From Salpingoeca rosetta (lineage: Eukaryota; Protista; Choanoflagellata), in the NCBI GenBank assembly GCA_033442325.1, contig JAWQFM010000035.1, positions 455,799 through 519,798 on the forward strand: 64,000 bases of DNA, in the 5' to 3' direction. The first letter of the stretch is position 1. Every line of letters begins with the position of its first letter. A program made the translations under genes and the position numbers. Below the pieces are notes generated by a model, which did not search any database, was not told the DNA's origin, and was given only the letters and a program-made list of their open reading frames with translations. Of this stretch, positions 39,701-59,566 are shown piece by piece.

Positions 39701-40236
39701 TCACCCTCTTTGACACCGCCATCCACCTCATGTTTGGCCAGCTGAGCGCGAGTGTGCTGGACAACGCTGGTGACGTGCCCTCCGCCACACGCGCCATCCT
39801 CCTGGCCATCATCACGCTCGCCCTGATCGTGCTGCTGAGCATGCTCATTGCGGTGGTGTTCACCGCGTATGAGCGCATTCAGGACGGCGTGGAGCCCCAC
39901 TTGGCGCGCACGCGTGCGATCATTGCCAGCCAGCGCCACACGGGCCCACTCCAGCTGCTGGTGTGGTACATTCTCCAGCTTGCCAGGGGAGGTAACAGCG
40001 GCGGCGAGAGCGGAGGCGACGGGCGTTGGCGCAATGGTGTCGTGTTCATCCCAGCTGATACGCCGCAGCAGCAGGAGCCACGTGGCAGTGGCTGGCGCGG
40101 TGGCGTGAAGCAGCGTGTGGATGCTCTACAGGACACCGTCAACGTGGATATGGCCAAGCTTCATGAAACCATCGCCGCCTTTCGAGCGGAGATGCAGGCC
40201 ATGAGTATGATGGCAGCCAACGAGAGCACTGCCTAA
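36721..40236 (+). CDS. WD40-repeat + TRP-like 6-TM ion channel protein; intronless
   Basis: GH..WD repeats (LSGHTGRV..SGSQDNTLRVWD). C-terminal pre-S1 PVRAAVKAMW, six hydrophobic segments, pore-helix-like FDTAIHLMFGQ, S6 IVLLSMLIAVVFTAYERI, and a terminal coiled coil. Confidence 0.8.
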   Translation: MDDDDMPLFKGNAEVKEEESGADALFPTGAASDHDQQQTTNTVTASANSFHHQQHQQQQQQQQSSTDAYAEQARSEAPPNQVSFAAWAAESGDRGVYGGANGGVPPTFNNNSSNNNNNNNSNNSNNNNAAERQASAPQAAAMHTTPPPPLQHVHIPLYSQVPSVTQQQPWQQRHASSGPAPKVEDLSPLVISSRTLGLSGFQTGPANGEYAEPPSSATAVCLVSQTLVATGHDNGLVSLWNRNSLQLVCTLSGHTGRVTSLATTDNNGAWLVSGSQDNTLRVWDVNTFRCYTMLQGHTAAITSLTAIPNTNMVASGSEDATVCIWDIEHRMCVTTLQGHTDTVADVAAMPSGSQVVSLGTRGQCRVWDTPTGEHITLTKNNTHIHAIATSVHHPDTIIALQRTRQTDSAWTVVLASSLIACVIGIVLMATDTSFHSAGYAGAAVCGVGAIGLCLCFILRHFGFGFASGPCTAVHAYSTHAPKRQVLVSGKYSQCALTAKYVVLAGEDGMALVDAKSLTLRAQFVLPHAHTHDHTCSVAVDKGEGELCILEDGSHLTLFDLTTAWAGAHNPLILLQLALSGKIPPEYVHKDHTRRAIALLEADRSEAVFETARDALRSKQQHQQGGDQPQTQAQGDGVHQPPPEQQQQQQQVQALPSAQDSLQDSDHLNLLMWHAVVNTDHAAALDLMKELLELPPLDVGEWRSPLLAGIRPGDFVVLDEDMLHGDDADLKKELHSKSEPGVVKVTTQALRLDTEWFAELLISLIRTGDPRFFTILPVRAAVKAMWHSQLDLFLVRCLFQMGATAMLVYCALSGSLLGPERTWQKFTVLVLGIGELWQAGSIVRDYRVSLTSFWYWNSFARTISLVCLGLIAVIEQPSLQGVPTTLALSLLFHWVGLLEFTFAFDGLARAVIAITHVIRRCASFLLVLAVAAMAAASCMFVLFGDTTSASSAATGVTIPTTTTPYNPYNRNRYPFTTPSSASKSGSSSALKITGLTLFDTAIHLMFGQLSASVLDNAGDVPSATRAILLAIITLALIVLLSMLIAVVFTAYERIQDGVEPHLARTRAIIASQRHTGPLQLLVWYILQLARGGNSGGESGGDGRWRNGVVFIPADTPQQQEPRGSGWRGGVKQRVDALQDTVNVDMAKLHETIAAFRAEMQAMSMMAANESTA

Positions 40237-40560
40237 GCGTGGTGTGTGTATGTGTGTGCTGTTTGCGTGTGTGTGTGTGTGTGTGTGTGTGCGTCTGTGT
40301 GTGTGCGTGTGTGTGTGCGCGATTCGTTTACTTTGCGTGTGTATGTTGTTTGCGTGTGTGTGTTGAGTTGTGATTCATTTGCGTTTCAACCAGTCAACCT
40401 GTGCGGTTGTACTTCTTACGTACACTGTATGTTTGCTTGTGACCTCCCTTGACCGTTCCAATGCGTTCATCACTTTCATCAACCATGTGCCACTTCCGTC
40501 CTTCCAACCCATGCACCATCCACTTGTTTCAACCCATCCACGCTTTGCGCGCCGTTATCA

Positions 40561-40594
40561 CGACTGAATTCAGTGTCAACACTGAATTCAGTCG
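40561..40594. promoter_or_regulatory. Perfect 16-bp inverted repeat upstream of FAD synthase, containing two ACTGAATTCAGT palindromes
   Basis: CGACTGAATTCAGTGT-CA-ACACTGAATTCAGTCG is read directly; the regulatory role is inferred. Confidence 0.5.
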
Positions 40595-40736
40595 CACATC
40601 ATAAACACCACAACCGACAGAGGAAGAGGAAGAGACACAACACGAGGACAGGCACAGCACGAGTACAAGGGATACACCCACGACAGCTGCGAGCAGCACG
40701 ACGAGCAAGCAAGATACCAAGGCGGCAGCAGCAGCA

Positions 40737-43290
<2,554 letters not shown>

Positions 43291-43739
43291 CAAGACTACT
43301 AACAAGCCCGCTCACTCATGGTGGCGGTGGTCGTGGTCGTCGTGGTGATCGGTGCTGGCCATAGTCGTCATTTTAGCGGTGCTGGCGTGATTGAGAATGA
43401 TGTTACATGTCACATGACATGACATGACATGCAACTTTACGTGTTGACTTTCCCTCTCTTTTCTTTTCTGTCCTTTTCTTTTCGTTTTCCGCTCTTCTTT
43501 CCGTCTTCATGGAGTGTGTACCCGCGCATGTTTGAGTGCCAACAGATTCACAGGCAAGCAATAAACAGACCCCATGTTTTGCACGCTGAGCAAGCACGCT
43601 GTAAGTTACACGCACACACACACATGTGGCGAGCAACGTTTTGATGTTTATTGCGGTCTGGATACCAGAAAGGGCGTTGCTCTCAGGTGTACGAAGACAA
43701 CAATACCACAACAGATCCACAAGTGCACGATGCACGGTT

Positions 43740-43804
<65 letters not shown>

Positions 43805-44441
43805 CATACACACGTACCATGCACTTTTTGCGCTTTCGCACGCATTCATGCACTCGCACGTGTGCACCTACACATACAAGCACCTACACATACATATGAA
43901 TGAGAGCTACCAAACTTGACTGAGAGCGAAACAACCAGACCTAAGAAGATGAGCGAGGTGTGAGGCCGTGATGAGCCTCAACATGACGCAAGGACAAACA
44001 GCGTCATCATTGCACATGCTTGAAGAAACAATGCCAGGAAACAGCACAGCTAGGGGCAGTGGAACGCATGAAATGAACCGGCGCGAAACGACCAAGGCTA
44101 ATGAGAGGCACGAGCAGAGAAGAGATAGAAACCAAGTGTTGGCACCTGGACGTACGATTGAGTGGGTGATATGTGCGGAGCCATCATGCGTCAACACATT
44201 GAATGGCAGCACATTGCAAGGAACAACGACAACAACGACAACAACAACAACAACGACAATGACGACAACAACGACAACGACAGTCCTACCAGCGATGCAA
44301 TTGTGATTCGTGATGTGATGTGGGGCCATCACCACATGAAATGTGCGCTGTTGCGAGCACTTTGTGAGCATGTTGCGAGCGTCACATTACAGCATCCACT
44401 GGCGTGGTGCTTGTCACATCATCGGCTCGGGCAAGTGCTGT

Positions 44442-52051
<7,610 letters not shown>

Positions 52052-52739
52052 CGCGTAAGAAGAGGACGTGCAAGGGGAAGTAATGAAGACGCGTGAAGAA
52101 CTGTGGTCTTCCTTACTCGATTGCTTGCTCTGTGCTTGGCTTGGCTTGGCTTGGCTTGACTTGCTTTGCTGGAGCGTCGCAGGCGCGCGTTGTTGCTGTG
52201 CTGGTTGCTCTGGTTGTTGTTTTGGTTGTGTGGTTGTGTGGATGTGATGATCAGCAGCGTGTGGGCGCGTTTGTGTGGCTGTGGAAATTGTGGTGTTGCT
52301 TGTCGTTGAAATCGCCAATGGAAGAACGGAAAGTTGGCAACTATCTTCAGTAGCTTTTCGCAATGTCGCAATCCGTGACGAGGCGCCGTGACGATGTGGG
52401 AATGGGGACAGGCGAGATGTGCTGATGTGGGAGGGGAAAGGGAGACTGAGAAGGGCTTGGCTCTTTGGCCTCTTGAGCTTCTGCTGCCGCCGTTGAGCCG
52501 TTGAGCTGCCGAGGCGACTCTGGAGGCCTTGAAGCCGGCTCTCTCTCTCTTTCTCGACTCCTTAACTCCAGTCCCGCGAAGAGAAACACTGGCCAAGAAA
52601 GAAGACAACACAAGAAGGAGCACTGCACAACGTCTGGCCGACTCCTGTGACGTCAGAGCAGAGTTACGAGAGTTACAGAATACAGTTGCAGTGGAGCTTC
52701 AAGTGGCGTGAACACTCCCCTTGCAATAAGCATAGCATC

Positions 52740-52811
52740 AGCGATTTAGCTCAGCGGAAGAGCGTGGGTCTCATAATCCCAAGGTCGGCGGATCGAAACC
52801 GCCAATCGCTA
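52740..52811 (+). tRNA. tRNA-Met(CAT), initiator-type, copy 1
   Basis: Cloverleaf AGCGATT/AATCGCT, GCTC/GAGC, TGGGT-CTCATAA-TCCCA, GGCGG-ATCGAAA-CCGCC. A1:U72, A54 and A60 present. T-run at 52822-52833. Confidence 0.95.
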
Positions 52812-52821
52812 CTGCATATCC

Positions 52822-52833
52822 TTTTTTTTTTTT
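52822..52833 (+). terminator. Pol III oligo-T terminator of tRNA copy 1 (equivalents at 53185-53194 and 55768-55776)
   Basis: T9-12 runs 10-17 nt after each tRNA, in a sequence where T-runs are otherwise rare. Confidence 0.85.
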
Positions 52834-53096
52834 GTTGCTAGCTGCGCCACAATGATGATGGGAGCGCCTTTCTTCCTTCTTCCCCTTCCCTTCTTTAGTT
52901 CTTCAGCACTTGTGTGGCCTCGTGTGTGCTCGAATGCAGCCAAAGAAAACCAGACACAATCGACAGAAAAGCCTAAGAGCAGCCACTGTTTCTGTGACGT
53001 CAGAGCAGAGTTACAAGAGTTACCAGAGTTACAGAATACAGTTGCAGTGGAGCTTCAAGTGGCGTGAACACTCCCTTTGCAACAAGCATAGCAATC

Positions 53097-53168
53097 AGCG
53101 ATTTAGCTCAGCGGAAGAGCGTGGGTCTCATAATCCCAAGGTCGGCGGATCGAAACCGCCAATCGCTA
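53097..53168 (+). tRNA. tRNA-Met(CAT), initiator-type, copy 2
   Basis: Identical 72-nt sequence; T-run at 53185-53194. Confidence 0.95.
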
Positions 53169-53536
53169 CTGTAAAGCTCTTGTATTTTTTTTTTCCGTCT
53201 GATGACAGTGACATTGTAAGAGTGGCGCATCTTCTCTCAGATGCTTCTTTATATTGTCACAACACACACACGCACACGCACACGCACACATACACACATA
53301 CATACACACACACACACATCCACACACACACACACACACACTTCACTGTTGCTTCAGTAACTTGTACCGCGCTGCTTGAATCGACACACGAGAGGCAAAC
53401 AAACAGACATACTCACCCGGTAGCCAAGCAGCAGGCCGAGCACAGACAATGTAACCAGAAAGAGACAAGCTAACAAGCACCAACCAGAGTCAGCAACCCA
53501 CTGGCAGGAAAGGTAGAAAGACCAAGGTCAAGGACA

Positions 53537-53548
53537 GCAGCAGCAACA

Positions 53549-53645
<97 letters not shown>

Positions 53646-53650
53646 CTTAG

Positions 53651-53725
<75 letters not shown>
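53537..53725. repeat. (AAC/AGC)n trinucleotide microsatellite
   Basis: Read directly. Confidence 0.9.
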
Positions 53726-53726
<1 letters not shown>

Positions 53727-53887
53727 GCACACTATCTGCCTGTAACTTCATGCAGAGGCAACAGCAAAACCAGCCTGGTGTGCATGCGTGCATTAATGTC
53801 GAGGCTTCTCCCAAAAGGCAAAGAGACACTTCCACGGCCCCACAGCCAACCGCAGCAGCAGCAGCACCACCGCCACCACCACCACCA

Positions 53888-55126
53888 CTAGCAGCCGGGG
53901 TCGATGACAAGCAGGTCGGATGCTACGTAGGGGATGCCGTAGATGAGGCCGTTGTTGGCGAGGACACCGTCTTGCCACTTGTCCAGAGACTCTGACACGG
54001 GGAGAGATGTGATGTCGATCGTGTTGGTGGCCGTGTCGATGACCAACACAACCGGTGCGTTGCGCGGTATGGCGTAGATGCGCCCATTGTGGGCCAGCAC
54101 TCCGCCCCGCCACTTATAACTGGTGTCCGAGAGACCACTAATGGTGGTGGTGTCTATTGTGTTGGTGGCTGGGTCGATGATGAGGACGGACGAAGCGGTG
54201 TACGGGACGCCATAGATGAGACCGTTATCTGCAAGGACGGCGCCGTGCCACTTGTTTAATAACCCTGGCAAGCCTCGCATTTTCGTGGTGTCGGTGGTGT
54301 TGTTTAAGGGGTCGATGATGAGCACCGAGTCGGCCCAGCTTGGAATGCCGTAGACGAGGCCGTTGCTTGCTTGCACCCCACCGCGCCACTTGAACAGGCC
54401 TGATCCAGACAGAGGCATGGCCGTGGTGTCCGTGGCGTTGGTCGCTGGGTCGATGATGAGGACAGATGCCGCGGACCACGGAACGGCGTAGATGAGGCCG
54501 TTGTCGGCGGCGACGCCGCTGATCCACTTGTTCCCGGTTGATGGCAGCCCGCCAAGGCTGGTCGCATCCACGGCGTTTGTCGATGGGTCAATGACGAGCA
54601 CGGCCTCAGCGTCAAAGGGGAACCCGAAGATCAACCCGTTGTCTGCGAGCACGCCGCCAGCCCAATCGCCGCTTCCGCCGCTTCCGTCGAAGCCGCTGAT
54701 GGTCGTTGTGTCGGTGGTGTTTGCCGCTGGGTCAATGATCAGCACAGAGTCTGACGCGAATGGCATGCAGTAGATGCGGCCGTTGCTTGCCAGCACGCCA
54801 CCGATCCAATCACCGACCCCTGCCCCAACACCAGAGATGACACTTGTGGCTGGTGAGAGGCGCCGACAAAGCGCTTCCTGGTGCCGTTGGTCCTGTGCTC
54901 GCAGTTCCTCATTCACACGCTGTTGCTCCTCAAGCATGATCGCCTGCTGCTGCACGACGTCAAACATCTTCCCCACGTCCACCCCGTTCACAAACACGGG
55001 CTGCTCTGCCGGGTTGCTGGTGTTGATGTGCAGCGCACCGTGCTCGTCGTGCTCGATCACCACCTCCGCCACGCAGCAGGGTGCAAAGAAGAGGAGCATG
55101 GTGGTAACGGTGACGAGAACAGCCAT
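53888..55126 (-). CDS. Secreted 7-bladed beta-propeller protein, paralogue 3; intronless
   Basis: MAVLVTVTTMLLFFAPCCVA|EVVIEHDEHGALHINT, PVFVNGVDV, coiled coil, 7 repeats; ends DPGC. Confidence 0.85.
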   Translation of the reverse strand: MAVLVTVTTMLLFFAPCCVAEVVIEHDEHGALHINTSNPAEQPVFVNGVDVGKMFDVVQQQAIMLEEQQRVNEELRAQDQRHQEALCRRLSPATSVISGVGAGVGDWIGGVLASNGRIYCMPFASDSVLIIDPAANTTDTTTISGFDGSGGSGDWAGGVLADNGLIFGFPFDAEAVLVIDPSTNAVDATSLGGLPSTGNKWISGVAADNGLIYAVPWSAASVLIIDPATNATDTTAMPLSGSGLFKWRGGVQASNGLVYGIPSWADSVLIIDPLNNTTDTTKMRGLPGLLNKWHGAVLADNGLIYGVPYTASSVLIIDPATNTIDTTTISGLSDTSYKWRGGVLAHNGRIYAIPRNAPVVLVIDTATNTIDITSLPVSESLDKWQDGVLANNGLIYGIPYVASDLLVIDPGC

Positions 55127-55679
55127 GGCTGCTGCTGCTGCGCCTGTACCTGTCGGTGCTCCGGCTGTGCTGTGCTGTGCTGTGCTCTGCCGCGGGTGGA
55201 TGGAGGGTAGAAGTTGTTGTGGTTGGTGTGTTCTCTGATTCTGTTGGTTGTTTCTTGTTTGCATGTGGGTGTAAAGGACGGAAGCCTTTTGGAAATCTTC
55301 CATTGGTTTTCGCTGGAACACGCAGCGTGACGAGGCAGAGGTGACAGGATGGATGGATGGTATTGGGGGCGCTGCGCTGCAGTGGATGGATGGAGAGCAT
55401 GCGATGGAGCAAGGAGGAGGAAGGGTGCTAGGGAGAGAGTGTCATGCTCATGCATGTGTGCCTGTATGCGTGCGCGTGTGTCTGTAGCTTGTGTGTGAAG
55501 CTTGTGTCGTGTCGTCAGACATCAAACAGAAACAGAACACTTGGGGGTCTAGGGGTCTGCGTGTTACGGTGCCTGCTGTGAGCGAGTGAGCTGCCCTGTT
55601 GCTTGTGACGTCACAGCAGAGTTCGAGTTACAGTGCCTTCAAGTGTCGTAGCTGAGCTCTGCACGTCAAGCAATACGAC

Positions 55680-55751
55680 AGCGATTTAGCTCAGCGGAAG
55701 AGCGTGGGTCTCATAATCCCAAGGTCGGCGGATCGAAACCGCCAATCGCTA
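55680..55751 (+). tRNA. tRNA-Met(CAT), initiator-type, copy 3
   Basis: Identical 72-nt sequence; T-run at 55768-55776. Confidence 0.95.
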
Positions 55752-56042
55752 CTGTAAAACTCTTGAATTTTTTTTTCCGTCTGATGACAGTGACAGTGGT
55801 CTGTGGATCTCTCATGCTTCTTGATATGTAGTCACACACACACATGTTCACGTTGTGGTTCGTATTGTGTATTTGAGTAGGTCACGTAACACAAAGCACA
55901 TGCTTTCAGAAGATAACGCTGTTGCCCTCTCCTTTGCAAGCACTGTACCATTACCACCACCATACACAGCCACACAGTTTCTTCCCCTCCCCCCACACAT
56001 CCACGGCACACTTGCACGTCGTCGTCAGTAGTGTTGTCATCA

Positions 56043-57299
56043 TCAGCAGCCGGGGTCAATCACGAGGCCTTCCATTGCAGTACGAGGTACGCCGTAAACG
56101 AGGCCGTTGGGTGCAATCACCCCATCCCACCACTTGTCGGATGCTGCAGATACTGGCAGCGTCGTCGTGTCCGCTGTGAGTGTTGAGGGGTCGATGATGA
56201 GCACAGAGGCTGCATCCCTCGGGATGCCAATGACCCGGCCGTTGGGGGCAAGGATGCCACCGACCCATTTGCCGTTGTTGCTGGAGAGGGTAGCAATGGA
56301 GGTCGTGTCTGTGGTGTTGCTGCGGGGGTCGACAACGAGCACAGAGGGGCTGGTGAATGGGATGCCGAAGACGAGGCCGTTGTCTGCAAGCACAGTCCCG
56401 AGCCACTTTGCGGGTCCTGCCAGGCCACCAAAGGTTGTGGCGTCTGTTGTGTTTGTGGCTGGATCGATGATCAGGACGGACTTGGCATTGTGTGGCGTGC
56501 AGTAAATCAGGCCGCTGTCCACCTGGGCGCCGCCGTACCACCTGAACTGCAACGCGGGGAGCCCATCGACGGGTATGTGGCTGGTGGTGTTGGTCGCTGG
56601 GTCAATGATGAGGACAGATGACGCAGACCATGGAACGCCATAGATGAGGCCGTTATTGGCAGCAACGCCGCTGATCCACTTGCTACCGCCTGTTTGCAGC
56701 CCACCAAGTGAAGTGCTGTCGGCTGTTTTCGTTGTGGGGTTGATCACGAGCACCGCGTCGGCGTCGTGCGGGAAGCCGTAGATCAAGCCGGTGTCTGCCA
56801 AGGCGCCACCTCCCCACTTGGCACCCACGCCCAGGTTGTTCATGGAAGTGGTGTCAACGGTGTTGGTCGCTGGATCAATGGTCAGCACGGAGCCGGAGTT
56901 GTGAGGGATGCCAACCACGATGCCTGCGTCAGAAACGACGCCGCCGAGCCAGTCATAATCTCCAGTTCCAATACCGGGGATGACGGTTGTGGCTGGTGGA
57001 AACCGGCGACACAGTGCTTCGATGCTCCGAGCATCCTGTGCTCGCAGTTCCTCATTCACACGCTGCAGCGTCTCCAACGTGCTGCCATGTGCGGCAACCA
57101 ACGCGTCCATCGTGCCCACGTTCACCCCGTTCACAAGCACAGGCTGCACTGAGGGGTTGCTGGTGTTGATGTGCAGCGCACCGTGCTCGTCTTGCTCCAG
57201 CACCACCTCCGCCAGGCAGCACGGCGCAAAGAAGAGGAGCGTGGTGGTGACGGTGACGAGAACAGCCGCACACAACCCCTGGCAGCGCAGCGAGGACAT
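56043..57299 (-). CDS. Secreted 7-bladed beta-propeller protein, paralogue 4; intronless
   Basis: MSSLRCQG..LLFFAPCCLA|EVVLEQDEHGALHINT, PVLVNGVNV, coiled coil, 7 repeats; ends DPGC. Confidence 0.85.
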   Translation of the reverse strand: MSSLRCQGLCAAVLVTVTTTLLFFAPCCLAEVVLEQDEHGALHINTSNPSVQPVLVNGVNVGTMDALVAAHGSTLETLQRVNEELRAQDARSIEALCRRFPPATTVIPGIGTGDYDWLGGVVSDAGIVVGIPHNSGSVLTIDPATNTVDTTSMNNLGVGAKWGGGALADTGLIYGFPHDADAVLVINPTTKTADSTSLGGLQTGGSKWISGVAANNGLIYGVPWSASSVLIIDPATNTTSHIPVDGLPALQFRWYGGAQVDSGLIYCTPHNAKSVLIIDPATNTTDATTFGGLAGPAKWLGTVLADNGLVFGIPFTSPSVLVVDPRSNTTDTTSIATLSSNNGKWVGGILAPNGRVIGIPRDAASVLIIDPSTLTADTTTLPVSAASDKWWDGVIAPNGLVYGVPRTAMEGLVIDPGC

Positions 57300-57396
57300 G
57301 GTGGCTGCTGCTGCTGCAAGTTGGGAAATGTTGTTGGAATCATTCACAAAGTTTCAGCGACAACAACAAAGCAGACGCACCAGCACAACAGGTAGC

Positions 57397-57534
57397 ATGG
57401 AGCCGGGTGCTGCTCCGATCGAGTTGAGCACGACAGAGGCGGTTGTGGCGCTGGTGGTGGTGTTGCTGGCAATCCTCGTGGTGGCACCACAACTCTACGC
57501 CATGCTCACCGCAGGCAAAGACAAGGAGGACTGA
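57397..57534 (+). CDS. Putative 45-aa single-pass membrane microprotein
   Basis: AGCATGG start context; MEPGAAPIELSTTEAVVALVVVLLAILVVAPQLYAMLTAGKDKED*. GC3-rich codons, and the stop is followed by (GT)n as for other genes here. Confidence 0.45.
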   Translation: MEPGAAPIELSTTEAVVALVVVLLAILVVAPQLYAMLTAGKDKED

Positions 57535-58051
57535 GTCGTGTGTGTGTGCATGTGTGCATGTGTGTGTGTGTGTGTGTTGTGTGCGTGCATGTGCGTGCAT
57601 GTGTTGAGTGCGTGTGTGCGTGTGTGCGTGTGTGCGTGCGTGTGTTTGTGTACTTGTTTCTTACGTGATCTGATATCGTTACTTTAGCTTTTGTTATTGC
57701 TCCACAACATGACACAACCTTTGTTACATCTTTGATACTTGCTGACGACCACGACAATTGTTTGGTCTGACCTGCCCACATTCACTTGGGGGTCGAATCA
57801 CTTGCATTTCTCCCCTTACCTTGTCAACTTGCACACCTCTTTGTCTCTGTTGGTGGCCTGGTAAGTCTGCGTACGTTCTCATATCTACGTGCAATGGACA
57901 CCGACCCAAACCAGGTCTCTCCATTGTTGTTGTTGTTGTTGTTGTTGTGTGCTCGCTTGTCTTCTGATTGTGTACTCTCTACTGATTGAATGCTTCGCAA
58001 CAGAGACAACAAGAAGGAATGAATGAATGGCACAGAGGGTAACCGACACAG

Positions 58052-58099
<48 letters not shown>

Positions 58100-58161
58100 G
58101 TGTTTGCTTGCTTGCGACGAATCACGCGGTTTTTGCGCCTGTTGCAAGCAAACACAATGCA

Positions 58162-58649
58162 TCAAGGAAAGGAGCGAGTCAAGGTGTGAGTACCTGCTGG
58201 AGATGGGCTAAAACACATTGAACAACAAACAAGCATTGAGCAAGCAACAAGCACACGCACACATGTATGCCAAAGCAGACACGCATGTAGGGTGCATGCA
58301 CGCACCTTGGATGTACTTGAGGTAACGGTCGGCAATGCCAAGCTTCTCTGCATCGGCTTTGAGGTAATCATACACGACTGCATGCAACCAGGGCGTGGTG
58401 GTGGTGGTGATGTGTGTGTGAGAGAGAGAGAGAGTGTGTGTGTGTGTGTGTATGTGTGTGTGTATGTGTGTGTGTGTGAAGGTTGGGGGGGGGGGGTGAG
58501 CAAGAGTGAGCGAGGGGGAGGGGGGAGAGCATGCATGCATGACATGGGGGGATGTGTGCATTGGACGAGTGTCGGGGCCTGTGTGTAGGAAACGCAGACA
58601 GACACACACAGACAGACACACAGACACACAGACAGACAGACACAAACAG

Positions 58650-58683
<34 letters not shown>

Positions 58684-59070
58684 ACACACACACACACACA
58701 CAGACACACGCAGACACACACACGCACAAACGGGCAGGCACAAACAGACAGACACACACACGCGCCGTCAGCTGACCGTTCTTGTCGAATTTGTCGAGTT
58801 CCCACTGCTGTGCGGGGTCATCTGGATTGCAGGGCCTGAGTTCCGGTTCGCTGTTGGCGACGGCCGTGTAGCACTTGCCTGTTGCATCATGCTTCAGCAA
58901 CTCTGGTGGGTGGGAAGGGGAGCGGGGCAGGCGTTTGGGGGACAGGTGGCGATGGAGATGAAAGGGTGAGAGGGAGAATAGGAGGGACAGCGGAATGGAG
59001 GTGAGCAACAGCTCGGAAACATGATGTGATTGAATGTATGGAGAACGTAGACAGTCCAGCAGACCCACCA

Positions 59071-59159
<89 letters not shown>

Positions 59160-59489
59160 GAGACACACACAGACACATACACACACATACATAGAGAAAC
59201 GTACTGTCTGCTGTCCATGTCCACTTGACGTCACGCGGTCGCCAGTCGCAAAACGTCATTTCGTTCTGCACGACGCACTTCTCCAGATCGCCGTGGGGGC
59301 GGATCCCGGCCTCCTTAAACAGCATCCACCTGAACCACCACCACCAGCAGCAGTGGTGGTGGAGGAACGGTTTTTTGTGTTGTGTGTGTATGTGTGTGAG
59401 CAAGTGAGTGAGTAAGGAAAGTGTGAGTGAGTAAGTATGAATGTGAGTGTGCGTGTGAGTTGTGGGGTGTAAGTATGAATGTGTGTGTG

Positions 59490-59566
<77 letters not shown>

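Noticed and set aside
43968-44306. 112-aa ORF with EWVICAEPSC resembling a zinc-finger start
   Set aside because: No second Cys/His pair, no codon bias, and it lies in the 3' flank of ASPG.
52640-55790. Repeated tRNA-containing units as a SINE or CRISPR-like array
   Set aside because: The tRNAs are intact and identical with immediate terminators; there are no target-site duplications, tails, spacers or cas genes.
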